Shown: positions 1-11,655 of the stretch, one piece after another
Position numbering within the stretch: the first letter of the stretch is position 1
Layout of the letters: every line of letters begins with the position of its first letter
Origin: Macrostomum lignano
Taxonomy: Eukaryota
NCBI GenBank assembly: GCA_002269645.1
Contig: NIVC01000180.1
Coordinates: 620,001 to 684,000, forward strand
Length of the DNA: 64,000 nt
Direction: 5' to 3'
Notes under the pieces: generated by a model
What the model was told of the DNA's origin: nothing
Database searches by the model: none
What the model saw: only the letters and a program-made list of their open reading frames with translations
Made by a program: the position numbers and the translations under genes

Positions 1-1388
1 ACCCAGTCAAGCACCAGGACGAACAGGAACGGCGCCAGCGTATCTCCCTAAAGTACTCCGGAGGATGTCTCAAAGGAGTCCGATAGGCCGTCCGGTGTTG
101 TCACAGCAGCTGTCGTATCACGGTACATCGCCATGATGGCGGAGATCAGCTGCTCAGGCACGTTGTACGCGCGGAGCACCATTGGAAGCACGGCTCTGAC
201 AACCGAGTCGAATGCCTTCTTGAAATCATAAAGATTAGAATCAGGATCGACTGGCGAATCCGCGCCTCCTCGATGACTCGGCGAAGAGCCAGGGTCTGCG
301 CCACTGTGCCGCGATGGGGCCGGAATCCGTTTTGCTCTGGGCGCAGGTACGGATCAAGCACGGGCTGCAACTGCGAAAGCAGCATACGGTTGAACAGCTT
401 CGCTGGACAGGACTGACGGCAGATGCCTCGATATTCTTCAAGCCTAGTGGTGCCCGGCTTCTTTAGAACAGCGACGATGTGCGCCGTGGTCCATTCGTTG
501 GGCGCCGCCTCACCGAAGAGCACGCGGTTCATCACTCTGGCGACCTCAGCGGCCACACAGGGGATGCGCAGCGCCTCGATGGGCACCTAGTCCGGACCCC
601 GCCCGGTGACTGCTGGGCGAGCTCGACAACGTCGGCTGCGTTGACTGGGGCTACGCTGAAACTCTCCTCTGCGGGCAACGGCGTCTCCGGCGGCAGCCTC
701 AGACTCAGCCTCAGCCTCAGACGATGGCGGCGAAGAACTCGTGCAGCTCGTTCCTGCGCTCGTCCGGAGTGTCACCAGCCAGGTTCAGCGGATAGCGCCG
801 CTTTCGCCCCGTCAGAGCATTGATGGCGGAACAGGCTACGCGCCCTCTGGCATCGGGCCCAGCGGCAGAGACAGCCTGAATGGCGTCATCGACAGCCGCT
901 TGTTGGCGCTGCAGGTAGACAGCCGCCAGAGCTGCCTCTGCCTCGCGGGTTGGTCGCCTGCTCAAGCGGAGCCTCACCAGATCTTCCCTCGCTGCCTGAA
1001 TCGCAGGGTCGTCCTGCCAGACCGGCTGCCCACGTTGAGCCGGTTGCATCATCGGGACTGCTTGCTCCGCGGCGGTTCTGACTGCAGCGCACACTTCCGC
1101 ATACTCGGCACTTCCACGCTTGTCGCCCAGCGCGGTGTTAAAGGCGCTAGCAAAGCGACGCTGCGTGTCGGTGGCTCTGAGCGCGCGGTAGTAGCGCCGC
1201 GGTGGCCGCTTCGGCGGACGGTAGAGCGGATCGCGAAGGTTGAGGTCGCAGATGAGGAGCCGGTGATCGGACCGCAGAGCCAGCGGCGTGATGGTGCGGC
1301 AGTTGACGGCGCGACGACGCTCACGGAAACGCACGAGCACGTGGTCGAGCTGTGCTTGTCTCCGGGTTGCGTTCCTGCCACGCAGTCA
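1..1388 (-). mobile_element. 5'-truncated, inactivated RTE-like non-LTR retrotransposon (end of AP endonuclease plus RT); 3' part lies beyond the left edge
   Basis: Minus strand reads QLDHVLV...RSDHRLLI (APE C-terminus), then RT motifs EQNGFRPHRG, (D)FKKAFDSV and GDTLAPFLFVLVLDW. Defects: stops at 717-719 and 587-589 (GPD*VPIE) and a frameshift near 235. Confidence 0.92.
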
Positions 1389-1416
1389 AACATTCTATTT
1401 AATTCTGTTGAATATA

Positions 1417-1729
1417 GGGCCTTTTCAAATTGCTTACTCTGGTTCCAGAACCAGAACCAATTTGTGAAGTATAACTTTTTGTCTCCATAACTAGACAGAG
1501 ATACGTACTATAAAGTTTTTATTATTAAATGACAATCGCCAAGAAAGTGAAAAATTGTGCTAAGTTAGGTTGTTAAGGCAGTCAAATATTAACAGAGTTT
1601 AATAGTTATACTGCTGTTTTTCTTGGAATTCCGAACCGATTCTGGTTCTGGAATTGGTAATATAAAAAGGCCCATACTTCACAAATTGGTTCTGGTTTTG
1701 GAACCAGAACAAGCAATATGAAAAGGCCC
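1417..1729. mobile_element. MITE/foldback-like element with 56-bp inverted repeats starting GGGCC
   Basis: 1417-1472 is the near-perfect reverse complement of 1674-1729. A second, shorter TIR-like copy ends at 1673 (…ggccc|ata) and would match the left flank (ata|gggcc). Confidence 0.55.
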
Positions 1730-3050
1730 ATTGACGAACCTTTTTGACTCCCACCTCAGCGAGTTTCTCTGGCGCCAACTCTACCCAAAAAGAGCTTCGG
1801 CAACTTTCTGTACTGACTGACACATTACTAGGCCTACGCCATGTAGTACGAGCCTTTTAAGACCTAAGACTCGTTTTAAATCTTTTATAGGCCTAAACTT
1901 GCCTTTGTTTGTTCGTTTCAAATTTTGGGTTAAAATAATTTAATGCGGAACACTAGGACATTGCCATATAGGCCTATTTAATATGCAGACATCGCCTGTT
2001 TTGCCTATTGCATAGTGGGTATCTATTAGTATTAATAGTAAGCCCTATAGCCCTATACCCAATGCAATAGACCTAGTTGACTATCAAGGAGCCATAGTCA
2101 TAGGCATATTGCACAATGTATCCCCAAATAATTTTTTTGGGAGACAGTCTAAGAAATAGTGGCAATGGCAATAGCATTTTTGCACTGTTTCTATTTTCTG
2201 TATATAAAAATCTATAGTCTACTTTAAGCCCTAATTATGGCCTATAAAACTATAAACTAGGGCCTAGGGCTTACCTAGGCTAAGCACCTAATGCAGGGCC
2301 TAGGAGCCTATAGTATAATTCCTATAAAACATGTAGAAATGAACAATTCAAATATGCTAATTAGTTAGATTAGGCCTAGCATATATATAAATAAGTAGGT
2401 AATTATAAGATATATGTTTTATAACAAATTTGTAAAAAAAGTGAGGCTATCACTATTACTATTATATAGATGAGCTTTTTGGCACAATCATCCAAGTTCT
2501 TTAATAATTGTATGATTCCAGCACTACTGACAGAGTCAAAAATTCTGATAGTATGCTAGCTATATATGATTGTAGCCAAAGGATGTTATTTCAAAAAACT
2601 ATAAAGTTCTTTAAATTCTAGTTATTTGTTACAATTACTAAAAGGACTTTTGGGATGCTTAAACCTTAGGTATTGCACCAATACTGCTTAGATCTCTATG
2701 CTAATATAGAATTTTAGCTTATCATTTAAGTCATCATTATTTATTAATGGATATTTCTGCATGGCAGTTTCCCTATGGACTAAAAACAGCATCGATAATT
2801 ATCACACCTGTGAAAAATACTTGAATTTCAATTAATAGTAACAGAAGTATTGATTGAATTTCCAATAATCCCAATAAATATAAACTTATACATATATTAA
2901 AAAATAAAACTACAAAAAGTATTAAACTTAAATTTAATGGCATCTGGAATGCCAAAGTACAAGAGCCCAAGCTGTGCAAGCATTGGCCTCCAACTTTGAT
3001 GACCAATTCAAGTTTGCCATAACAGTGCAGCATCTCAAACTGCGCATGCA

Positions 3051-5333
3051 ATGAGTGGCGACATTAGCTTAGATCCTAGTCTGCGCCAGATCCTCAAGGA
3101 CTCGGCTACTGAAATATCTACTAAACTGGCCGATAGGATGAGACCCCTGGCTGACTCCACAAGGCTGCTGGATGTGTACGAAGCCCTGACAGCCATGGTG
3201 TACCTGACATCTAGCCCCAGCAGCCTGCGCTTCGTGACCAGGAAAGCTCGCATGGACTCCTTCGTTATTGGGAACTGGGACTACTTGGGCAAGAGCCAGA
3301 CTAAAGAAGACATGGTTGAGAGTGGCTTCTTCTATCTCATGGAAGAGGACCATGTGAAGTGCTTTTTCTGCGACCTTGGCCTGAAGGTAAGCGTCAAGTA
3401 CAAACAAACATCCAGCTATTAGTCAGCTCTCCTTTCTTTATTCAAACCTCAAGGGCCAGACTAAGAATCGAGCTCATGGCTACGGGCCAGATGAGAGAGG
3501 AAAGAAGAGGGAATAGACGGGATAAAAAAACAAGACAACATGAGAAAATAAAGGAGAGAGGGGGAGAAGAGAGAATGGAGAGAGGGGAGAAAAGAGAGGG
3601 GACTGGGGGATAGGAGAGAAGAGATAGGGGAGAGGGTAGAGAGGAGAGAAGAGATAGGGGAGAGGGTAGAGAGGAGAGAAGAGATATGGGAGAGGGTAGA
3701 GAGGAGAGAAGAGACAAAAACATTGAGAGGGCCGGATTGCTATTGTGAATTTTCAATGGACCCGAGGGCCGGATAGAGAGGCTTCGCGGGCCGGAGTTTG
3801 CCGACCCCTTCTCTAGAGCTCTTTTTCCCTCCAGCATTCCCTGTCAAATTTGCCAGTAGGTCCCCATTTTCCTCAGCAGGTTAACTAAGAACAGTCTGCT
3901 CCCTCAGAAGGAAATATCACCCCAGAAGCAGACAAACTGAAATTTCATTTTTGACATCAAACAAAGCTGGATTGCTCAGCAATAGCATCGGCCTGCAGAT
4001 GGGCTTTTGCCATAGACAAAATAGAGTGTACATGTCTGGCCCAGCTAGATACCGCGAGCATAAAGTTTTCGATCTCGGGTTCATTCTGTATACTCAAGAA
4101 ACCAATGTAACAGAATACGAAACCATGTCTTAGTCGTGTCACTTTTCGGATAAACTTAAGCCTTCAATTTTCCTGGAAACAAATGTCCCGCGATAAATTT
4201 GGATGTCGTTAAGCAAGAGTATAGAGTGCTGAACTTTTAAACAAGCAGTTTACCTGCTCTAAACTGGCAGTTTTCTATTGGACTATTGTTCTGTGCGTTG
4301 CGTTCAAATCTGGCTGAATCCAACTGCGCTCAAATCTGGCTGAATCCACTGCGCTCCTCCCGCAGGACTGGGACCAGGGCGACCATCCCGAGCAAGAGCA
4401 CGTGAAATTCAGCCCGCTCTGCTTCTTTCTGAAGAGCTCCCGCGGCATGGAGCGGCTGCGGGCAATGTCGGAGCGACCGCCCAATTACCCGACATCATAC
4501 ACCCGCCAGGACCACAACCAGCTCATGAAGATCCTCGGTGACGAGCTCACCAGCCCGCAGATTGACCTGGTCTGCCGGCTTGGCTTCAGCAATACGAAAG
4601 TGCTGCTGTGCATCGCCCGCAAGTTCATCCGGTTCAGGCAGAAGTACACCCGCCAGGAGCTGGTGGTAGAGATGCAGAAGGAGTGGGACAGGGAGATGGC
4701 CGACAACCCGGCGGATCCGCCGCACTTCAACGACAAGCACGATCTGGCCGCCGTGTTGCGCGAGTTCTATCGGCACCTGGGCGGCCGGCCGCCCGACCAC
4801 TTCGAGAGCAATCAACAACAGCAGCAGCAGCAGCAGCAGCAGCAGGGCAATCAGACTGGCAGAGGCACCGGCAGCCGCTGCCGACAGTGCAACACCCGCG
4901 ATGTGGAGGTGAGCGAATGAGAATGATCCGATATGAGTGGAATATTAAACTGGATTGCACTGATGAGTGTAAATAGTAGGATAGACTGGGATTAGATGTA
5001 GGATAGACTGGGATTAGATGTAGGATAAACTGGGATTAGATGTAGGATAGACTGAGATAGAATGTAGGATGGACTGAGATAGAATGTAGGATGGACTGAG
5101 ATATAATTCAGTTTTGAACTGCTTGCAACCGCCTCTACGGGCTGCTCTCCAGGTACTGAGCAGCAATGAACAGACGAGCCATTCATATTTATTGCCTCCG
5201 ATCCCCTTAGATTGTGTGCCTGCCCTGCGGCCATCTCAGCCTCTGCATGCAGTGCAGCCGCACCGCTCGCACCTGCCCGGCTATCAACTGCGGCCAGAAC
5301 GCGGACAACTTCGTGCGCGCCTTCGTTTCCTAA
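3051..5333 (+). CDS. Inhibitor of apoptosis (IAP/BIRC-like): single BIR, UBA-like domain, C-terminal RING; exons 3051-3386, 4366-4908, 5211-5333; 333 aa
   Basis: Two phase-0 GT-AG introns (AAG|gtaagc…cgcag|GAC; GAG|gtgagc…cttag|ATT). They join BIR C-x2-C-x16-H-x6-C (CFFC…EHVKFSPLC), a UBA-like segment (CRLGFSNTKV…KYTRQELV), polyQ and RING (CRQC…PCGHLSLCMQC…CPAINC…VRAFVS*). Confidence 0.93.
3612..3714. repeat. 30-bp polypurine tandem repeat, ~3.4 copies, in IAP intron 1
   Basis: Unit AGGAGAGAAGAGATAGGGGAGAGGGTAGAG. Confidence 0.9.
4976..5104. repeat. 22-bp minisatellite, ~5.5 copies, in IAP intron 2
   Basis: Unit GGATAGACTGGGATTAGATGTA recurring at 4979, 5001, 5023, 5045, 5067, 5089. Confidence 0.9.
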
Positions 5334-5423
5334 TGGCAACTGCGCTATTCGTCTGCACTGAAGCCAGAGATTTCGGCATCGCTAGTGAAATCGCCTCTGT
5401 TGGCCTGGTGTGAACATCAACTC

Positions 5424-5429
5424 AATAAA
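5424..5429 (+). terminator. Candidate polyadenylation signal of the IAP gene
   Basis: AATAAA 90 nt after the stop codon. Confidence 0.5.
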
Positions 5430-5467
5430 AATTCTTAGATCGTAGCCGGCTTGAAATAAGTGCGCTT

Positions 5468-6705
5468 TCCTTTCGCTAGAGGGGGGGTCATTAATGTCCT
5501 TTCCCTAGGGGGGGGGTCATTAATGTCCTTTCCCTAGGGGGGGGGGTCATTAATGTCCTTTCCCTAGGGGGGGTCATTAATGTCCTTTCCCTAGGGGGGG
5601 GTCATTAATGTCCTTTCCCTAGGGAGGGGGAGTCATTGATGTCCTTTCCCTGGGGGGGGGAGTCATTGATGTCCTTTCCCTGGGGGGGGTCATTAATGTC
5701 CTTTCCCTAGGGGGGAGTCATTAATGTCCTTTCCCTAGGAGGGGGGTCATTAATGTCCTTTCCCTGGGGGGGGTCATTAATGTCCTTTCCCTAGGGGGGG
5801 TCATTAATGTTCTTTCCCTAGGGGGGAGTCATTAATGTCCTTTCCCTAGGAGGGGGGTCATTAATGTCCTTTCCCTGGGGGGGGGGTCATTAATGTCCTT
5901 TCACTAGGGGGGGTCATTAATGTCCTTTCCCTAGGGGGGAGTCATTAATGTCCTTTGCCTAGGAGGGGGGGTCATTAATGTCCTTTCCCTAGGGGGTCAT
6001 TAATGTCCTTTCCCTAGGGGGGGTCATTAATGTCCTTTCCCTAGGGGGGGGGCCCTTAATGTCCTTTCCCTAGGGGGGGGGGGGTCATTAATGTCCTTTC
6101 CCTAGGGGGGGTCATTAATGTCCTTTCCTTAGGGGGGTCATTAATGTCCTTTCCCTAGGGGGGGTCATTAATGTCCTTTCCCTAGGGGGGGGGTCATTAA
6201 TGTCCTTTCCCTAGGGGGGTCATTAATGTCCTTTCCCTAGGGGGGGTCATTAATGTCCTTTCCTTAGGGGGGGTCATTAATGTCCTTTCCCTAGGGGGGG
6301 TCATTAATGTCCTTTCCCTAGGGGGGTCATTAATGTCCTTTCCCTAGGGGGGGTCATTAATGTCCTTTCCCTAGGGGGGGATCATTAATGTCCTTTCCCT
6401 AGGAGGGGGGGTCATTAATGTCCTTTCCCTAGGGGGTCATTAATGCCCTTTCCCTAAGGGGTCATTAATTTCCTTTCGCTACGAGTGTCACTATTGTCCT
6501 TTCCCTAGGGGGGGAGGTCATTAATGTCCTTTCCCTAGGGGGGGTCATTAATGTATTTTCCCTAGGGGGGTCATCAATTTCCTTTCCTCAGGGGGTCATT
6601 ATTGTCCTTTCGCTAGGGGGGTCATTAATGCCCTTTCCTAGGGAATCATTAATGCCTCTTCCGTAAGGGGGGTCATTAATGTTTTTCCAAAAGGGAGTCA
6701 TTAAT
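5468..6705. repeat. G-tract minisatellite, ~28-31 bp unit, ~40 copies
   Basis: Unit (G)5-10 TCATTAATGTCCTTTCCCTA. Length varies in the G run and the array degenerates towards 6700. Confidence 0.95.
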
Positions 6706-6716
6706 GCCCTTGCACA

Positions 6717-7757
6717 CCTGACACTGCCTGCTGGTACTCATCTGACACTGTCGTGACACTTCGATCTATAAGTGTCTGAGTGTCTCGGGAGCACGAGATT
6801 TTCCTGCAGGCAGCATTTCCCGCAACGAGGATTTCCAGATTTCTTTCCGCCATGGTTTTGCAGTCAGTATTTGGGCACCAGAGATTCGAAATTCTAGGGC
6901 TTATTGAAGTATCAGGGCCTGAAATCTTCGCTGCGGGAAATCCTCCTTGCGGAAAATACTCGCTCCGGGAAAATCTCGCGCTCTCGAGACACTTAACTGA
7001 GACTTGTCTGACACTGCCCGACACTCATCTGACACTGCAATCATAAGTGTCAGCTTGTGTCGCATCAGTGTAGAGCAGTGTCAGATAAGTGTCAGTTAAA
7101 TGTAGAGCAGTGTCAGATAAGTGTCAGTTAAATGTAGAGCAGTGTCAGATAGTGTCAGTTAAATGTAGAGCAGTGTCAGATAAGTGTCAGTTAAGTGTAG
7201 AGCAGTGTCGGATAAGGTCAGTTGAGTGTAGAGCAGTGTCAGATAAGTGTCAGTTGAGTGTAGAGCAGTGTCAGATAAGTGTCAGTTAAGTGTAGAGCAG
7301 TGTCGGATAAGTGTCAGTTAAGTGTAGAGCAGTGTCAGATAAGTGTCAGTTAAGTGTAGAGCAGTGTCAGTTAAGTGTAGAGCAGTGTCAGATAAGTGTC
7401 AGTTAAGTGTAGAGCAGTGTCGGATAAGTGTCAGTTGAGTGTAGAGCAGTGTCAGATAAGTGTCAGTTAAGTGTAGAGCAGTGTCAGATAAGTGTCAGTT
7501 AAGTGTAGAGCAGTGTCGGATAAGTGTCAGTTAAGTGTAGAGCAGTGTCGGATAAGTGTCAGTTGAGTGTAGAGCAGTGTCAGATAAGTGTCAGTTAAGT
7601 GTAGAGCAGTGTCGGATAAGTGTCAGTTGAGTGTAGAGCAGTGTCGGATAAGTGTCAGTTGAGTGTAGAGCAGTGTCAGATAAGTGTCAGTTGAGTGTAG
7701 AGCAGTGTCAGATAAGTGTCAGTTGAGTGTAGAGCAGTGTCAGATAAGTGTCAGTTG
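6717..7757. repeat. Foldback structure plus 32-bp minisatellite (~22 copies, 7044-7757)
   Basis: Inverted arms at 6779-6836 and 6936-6993. Array unit GATAAGTGTCAGTTAAGTGTAGAGCAGTGTCA; an inverted ~1.5 copy of it lies at 6989-7040. Confidence 0.9.
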
Positions 7758-8254
7758 AAGACAAGCCTTTCCCAGGAGTAATTCATAGCTGCCCTTTGTG
7801 TGGTTGCGGAAAACCAAATTAGGTCACAAATTGTTTCTTTAGAAAACTGTGCCGCACCTTAGTAGTTGCGTGTAGCGGTTTTAACCGGAGCGTTCTGCAA
7901 TAATGGCTGCAGTAATTAAAAAGCCTGCTTAATCGAGCCGAGCTTGGATAGAAGCGGATATAGAAGAGGATTTTCATATGGTCAGCCCTGGCAGGTTCCA
8001 GCTCAAATGATTATTCTGAGTTGTGCGACTCCTGATGGACTTGTTGAGTTTTTATTTCTAATCTTCAAATACAAGTGACTGACTATCCAGCAGTGGCCTG
8101 ATATCTGGCAGTAAAACTATAGTTAAATTGCATTGATTCTGGCCATTCAATTTCTGCCTGTTCGATACTCTTGGAAACTTCAAATTGCTTTTGCTTCTGT
8201 CTGATATGGGAGAAGATAAAGACGTGATCTTGTGATTTGATTAGGCATTCAAAC

Positions 8255-9180
8255 GCTTGCAACGTGTGCTGGATCCGTTTCTGCGCTGGGTTCCGCATTG
8301 CACGCGGCTGTGACGCAGATCCTCCCGCTCCGCCGTATCATCGAAGAGGCGCGCATCCACCAGTCAAGCTTTGTCATCATCTTCATAGCCTTCCGCAAAG
8401 CTTTCGACTCGGTGTTGCGCGATGCGCTGCCTGTTGTGTTTCTAGCGTATAACGTACCGCAGCAGTTGATTTCCGCCGTATGGCGTCGATGTGCGAGCGT
8501 AACAGGACACCACCGCTGCGGTAGTCACGCCAGGCGGTTTGCCAGACGAGTTTGGCACGTCTTCGGGCCTGCTTCAAGTTGACACGCTGGCGCCTTTTCT
8601 ATTTGTGCTGGTACTGGACTGGGTACTGAGGACCGGCAATGGCTTCACGCTTAGACGCCGCATGAGTCAGCCTCCGGAGAAGCGTCTCTGTGTGCTCGGC
8701 TACGAGCACGTACGCGGACGACCTTTCGTTGCTGTCTTCAACAGTCGAAGGCGCCCAACAGCTGCTGGATGGCTTGACGAAAGCGGCAGCAATACGCTGA
8801 AGTATTCACTATGCCGCTGGACCTATACCTACCGAGATGCTGCGGGAAATGAGACTCCACTTCCACGCTGCCAGCATTTTGTGTACCTCTGCGGACTCGT
8901 GCCGCACATCGCCAGCGACATGAGAAGAAGACGCGGGCTGGCTTGGGCCGCCTTACGCTCAGTGCACCCAGTGCTGTGATCTGAGGCTCTGGATGACGGG
9001 ACCAGGGCACAGCTGTTTCGGGCAGTCGTCGAGACTGTTCTGCTCTACAACGCTGAGACCTGGGCACCGACGGATGCCCCGGAAAAGTAGCTGGACGCCG
9101 CGCACTCTTCGATGCTGCGCTCTGCGTTCGGCGTGTGCTGCCCGAGAGAAGTGCGGCCCAAAGGCGTGTGTCCTGAAACC
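8255..9180 (+). mobile_element. Degenerate internal fragment of an RTE-like LINE (RT to C-terminal region)
   Basis: Frame-broken motifs LRRIIEEAR…FRKAFDSV, DTLAPFLFVLVLDWVLR, RRRRGLAWAALRSV, ETVLLYNAETW; homologous to the 1-1388 and 33335-33888 elements. Confidence 0.88.
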
Positions 9181-9276
9181 TCCCCACTCTGTGGCCACTC
9201 GAGGTGTATTTTGTTGTTGCTAGGCGTTTATTTGCGATCAAAGTTCCATGTGGTTCAGCAATAAAGCTGAGTACTC

Positions 9277-9610
9277 TGTACACCATGGCTACTATGAACA
9301 TGTACACTATGGCTACTATGAACATGTACACTATGGCTACTATGAACATGTACACTATGGCTACTATGAACATGTACACTATGGCTACTATGAACATGTA
9401 CACTATGGCTACTATGAACATGTACACTATGGCTACTATGAACATGTACACTATGGCTACTATGAACATGTACACTATGGCTACTATGAACATGTACACT
9501 ATGGCTACTATGAACATGTACACTTTGGCTACTATGAACATGTACACTTTGGCTACTATGAACATGTACACTATGGCTACTATGAACATGTACACTTTGG
9601 CTACTATGAA
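9277..9610. repeat. 24-bp minisatellite, ~13.5 copies
   Basis: Unit ATGGCTACTATGAACATGTACACT. Confidence 0.95.
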
Positions 9611-11149
9611 CCGGGGTTGTCACTTCCATGTCTCCAGGCCGAGCCCTAACCATCTGTTCTAAATAGAAATCCATGAAAATGGCCCACAAAACACTCATAT
9701 TAACCATGAAATTTCTAGCTAATGCTAAAATTCCCGTGTCGCTTTTACAAGACCAATATTTTACAGCGCCGAAAATGACTGCATGGTCCTTCAGAAAACC
9801 GAAATTTCACATCGTAAAAACATTTAATATAACAAGGAACATGCAGAACTTTCGGTATTTAATTTGGTTCCGTGTCACTTGTAACTGCATGAGTCACACG
9901 CCAGCTGGGTTCCTTATTTAAAACATAATATTGTGCTAAATAAGTGCCTTACAGTTGGTTCCGAATCTCATGCATTATATTTCTGACAAGGTAGTACCTC
10001 GTTCTTATTAATGAGTCATGTTTGGTTCCTCATTGGTGTTGTGCGGCAATGAGCTATTTTGAAACAAATTATGCGCCAAGTTAGAAATTCCACAGGTTCC
10101 AGTGCCAGGTTCATGTGGTGCAACTATATTGCAATACTGTTGTAGCCGAAAGCACCTTGCACAAAAGAAATATTTGAATATTACGAGCTAATGTGTTCAT
10201 GTACTGCAATAGCAGCAATAGATGTGCTTGAAGTTAATGCGCGTACGTAAATATTGAAACACAAATCCAGTGGGAAATTCGACTCAGAATCGATGGATGT
10301 ACAGTCAAGTTTTGGAAATTTCGATTCGATTGAATATTCCACCGGATTTCACAGCTAACTATACTTTTAGTAGCGCTTCAAGCGAATATATAGCTAAATC
10401 GTTTCAAAGCATTATTTTATTTTGTGAACCAGTTTGGACTTGTATGTTTTGTACACGATGCAGGTTTAATGCGACATATTGTATTACGGGCCGTATTAAA
10501 TTGCTGCAGATTCGCTAAAATTTAATAGTACATGTAAGCTGGCGAGGCCGCGGGCCATGCAGATCGTACGGGGCCATCCGAGAGGAAGTTGGAGCGATGC
10601 AGTCCCGCAACTGAGTTTTATTTTGCCTTTCAGAATCCATATACTAAAAATGGTCTGTCGGTAGGTAGGTGCGACTAAAGCTCGCACTTAGTATAGGGAT
10701 CTGCAGCTGCATTCCCTGCAGATATTATGCAGGGAGTACTTGAACTAAAGTAGTTCAGTCTCAAGACTGGACCAATATACTCGCCCAGTCCTGGTGCTGA
10801 CACAAATTCCAAATCACTTTCACAATCTCTATACTCGTACTCCTCCAGATATTTAATAAAAAAAACGACTTTATTACACGCGCTTTCATTTTATTGTCGT
10901 ATTACAAAATCCTAAGCCTCCTATAAGACCATCCATTCATAGGCGATTTTGCAATAAAAAAGCAACTATCAATTTTTCAGTTATTTCCGTCTGAGGAGAT
11001 TCGATGTTCTCTAAATAGTGAATTTTACAGTGAATTCTAAACAAAGGTTTCAGAACCCCCCCCCCTGCCTAGACTCCTAGGCATCTACAGTACGTCAGGC
11101 CGGATGCAAATCTAGAGGCGAAATCTAGAGGCGAATCTAAATGGAGGCC

Positions 11150-11655
11150 TTTAGAGGCTCTGCATTCCGCCACTCTCAGGCCTGTAGATGAGGGTCTAGA
11201 GGCTCTGCATTCCGCCACTCTCAGGCCTGTAGATGAGGGTCTAGAGGCTCTGCATTCCGCCACTCTCAGGCCTGTAGATGTGGGTCTAGAGGCTCTGCAT
11301 TCCACCACTCTCAGGCCTGTAGATGTGGGTCTAGAGGCTCTGCATTCCACCACTCTCAGGCCTGTAGATGAGGGTCTAGAGGCTCTGCATTCCGCCACTC
11401 TCAGACTTACCTGTAGATGTGGGTCTAGAGGCTCTGCATTCCGCCACTCTCAGACTTACCTGTAGATGTGGGTCTAGAGGCTCTGCATTCCGCCACTCTC
11501 AGACTTACCTGTAGATGTGGGTCTAGAGGCTCTGCATTCCGCCACTCTCAGACTTACCTGTAGATGTGGGTCTAGAGGCTCTGCATTCCGCCACTCTCAG
11601 ATCTGTAGATAAGGATCTAGAGGCTCTGCACTCCGCCACCCCCGGACCTGTAGAT
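11150..11655. repeat. 45/49-bp minisatellite, ~11 copies
   Basis: Unit TAGAGGCTCTGCATTCCGCCACTCTCAGGCCTGTAGATG(A/T)GGGTC; four units (11400-11565) carry ACTTAC in place of GC and are 49 bp. Confidence 0.93.

Noticed and set aside
4813-4845. PolyQ tract in the IAP
   Set aside because: A short CAA/CAG run in a linker; ordinary.
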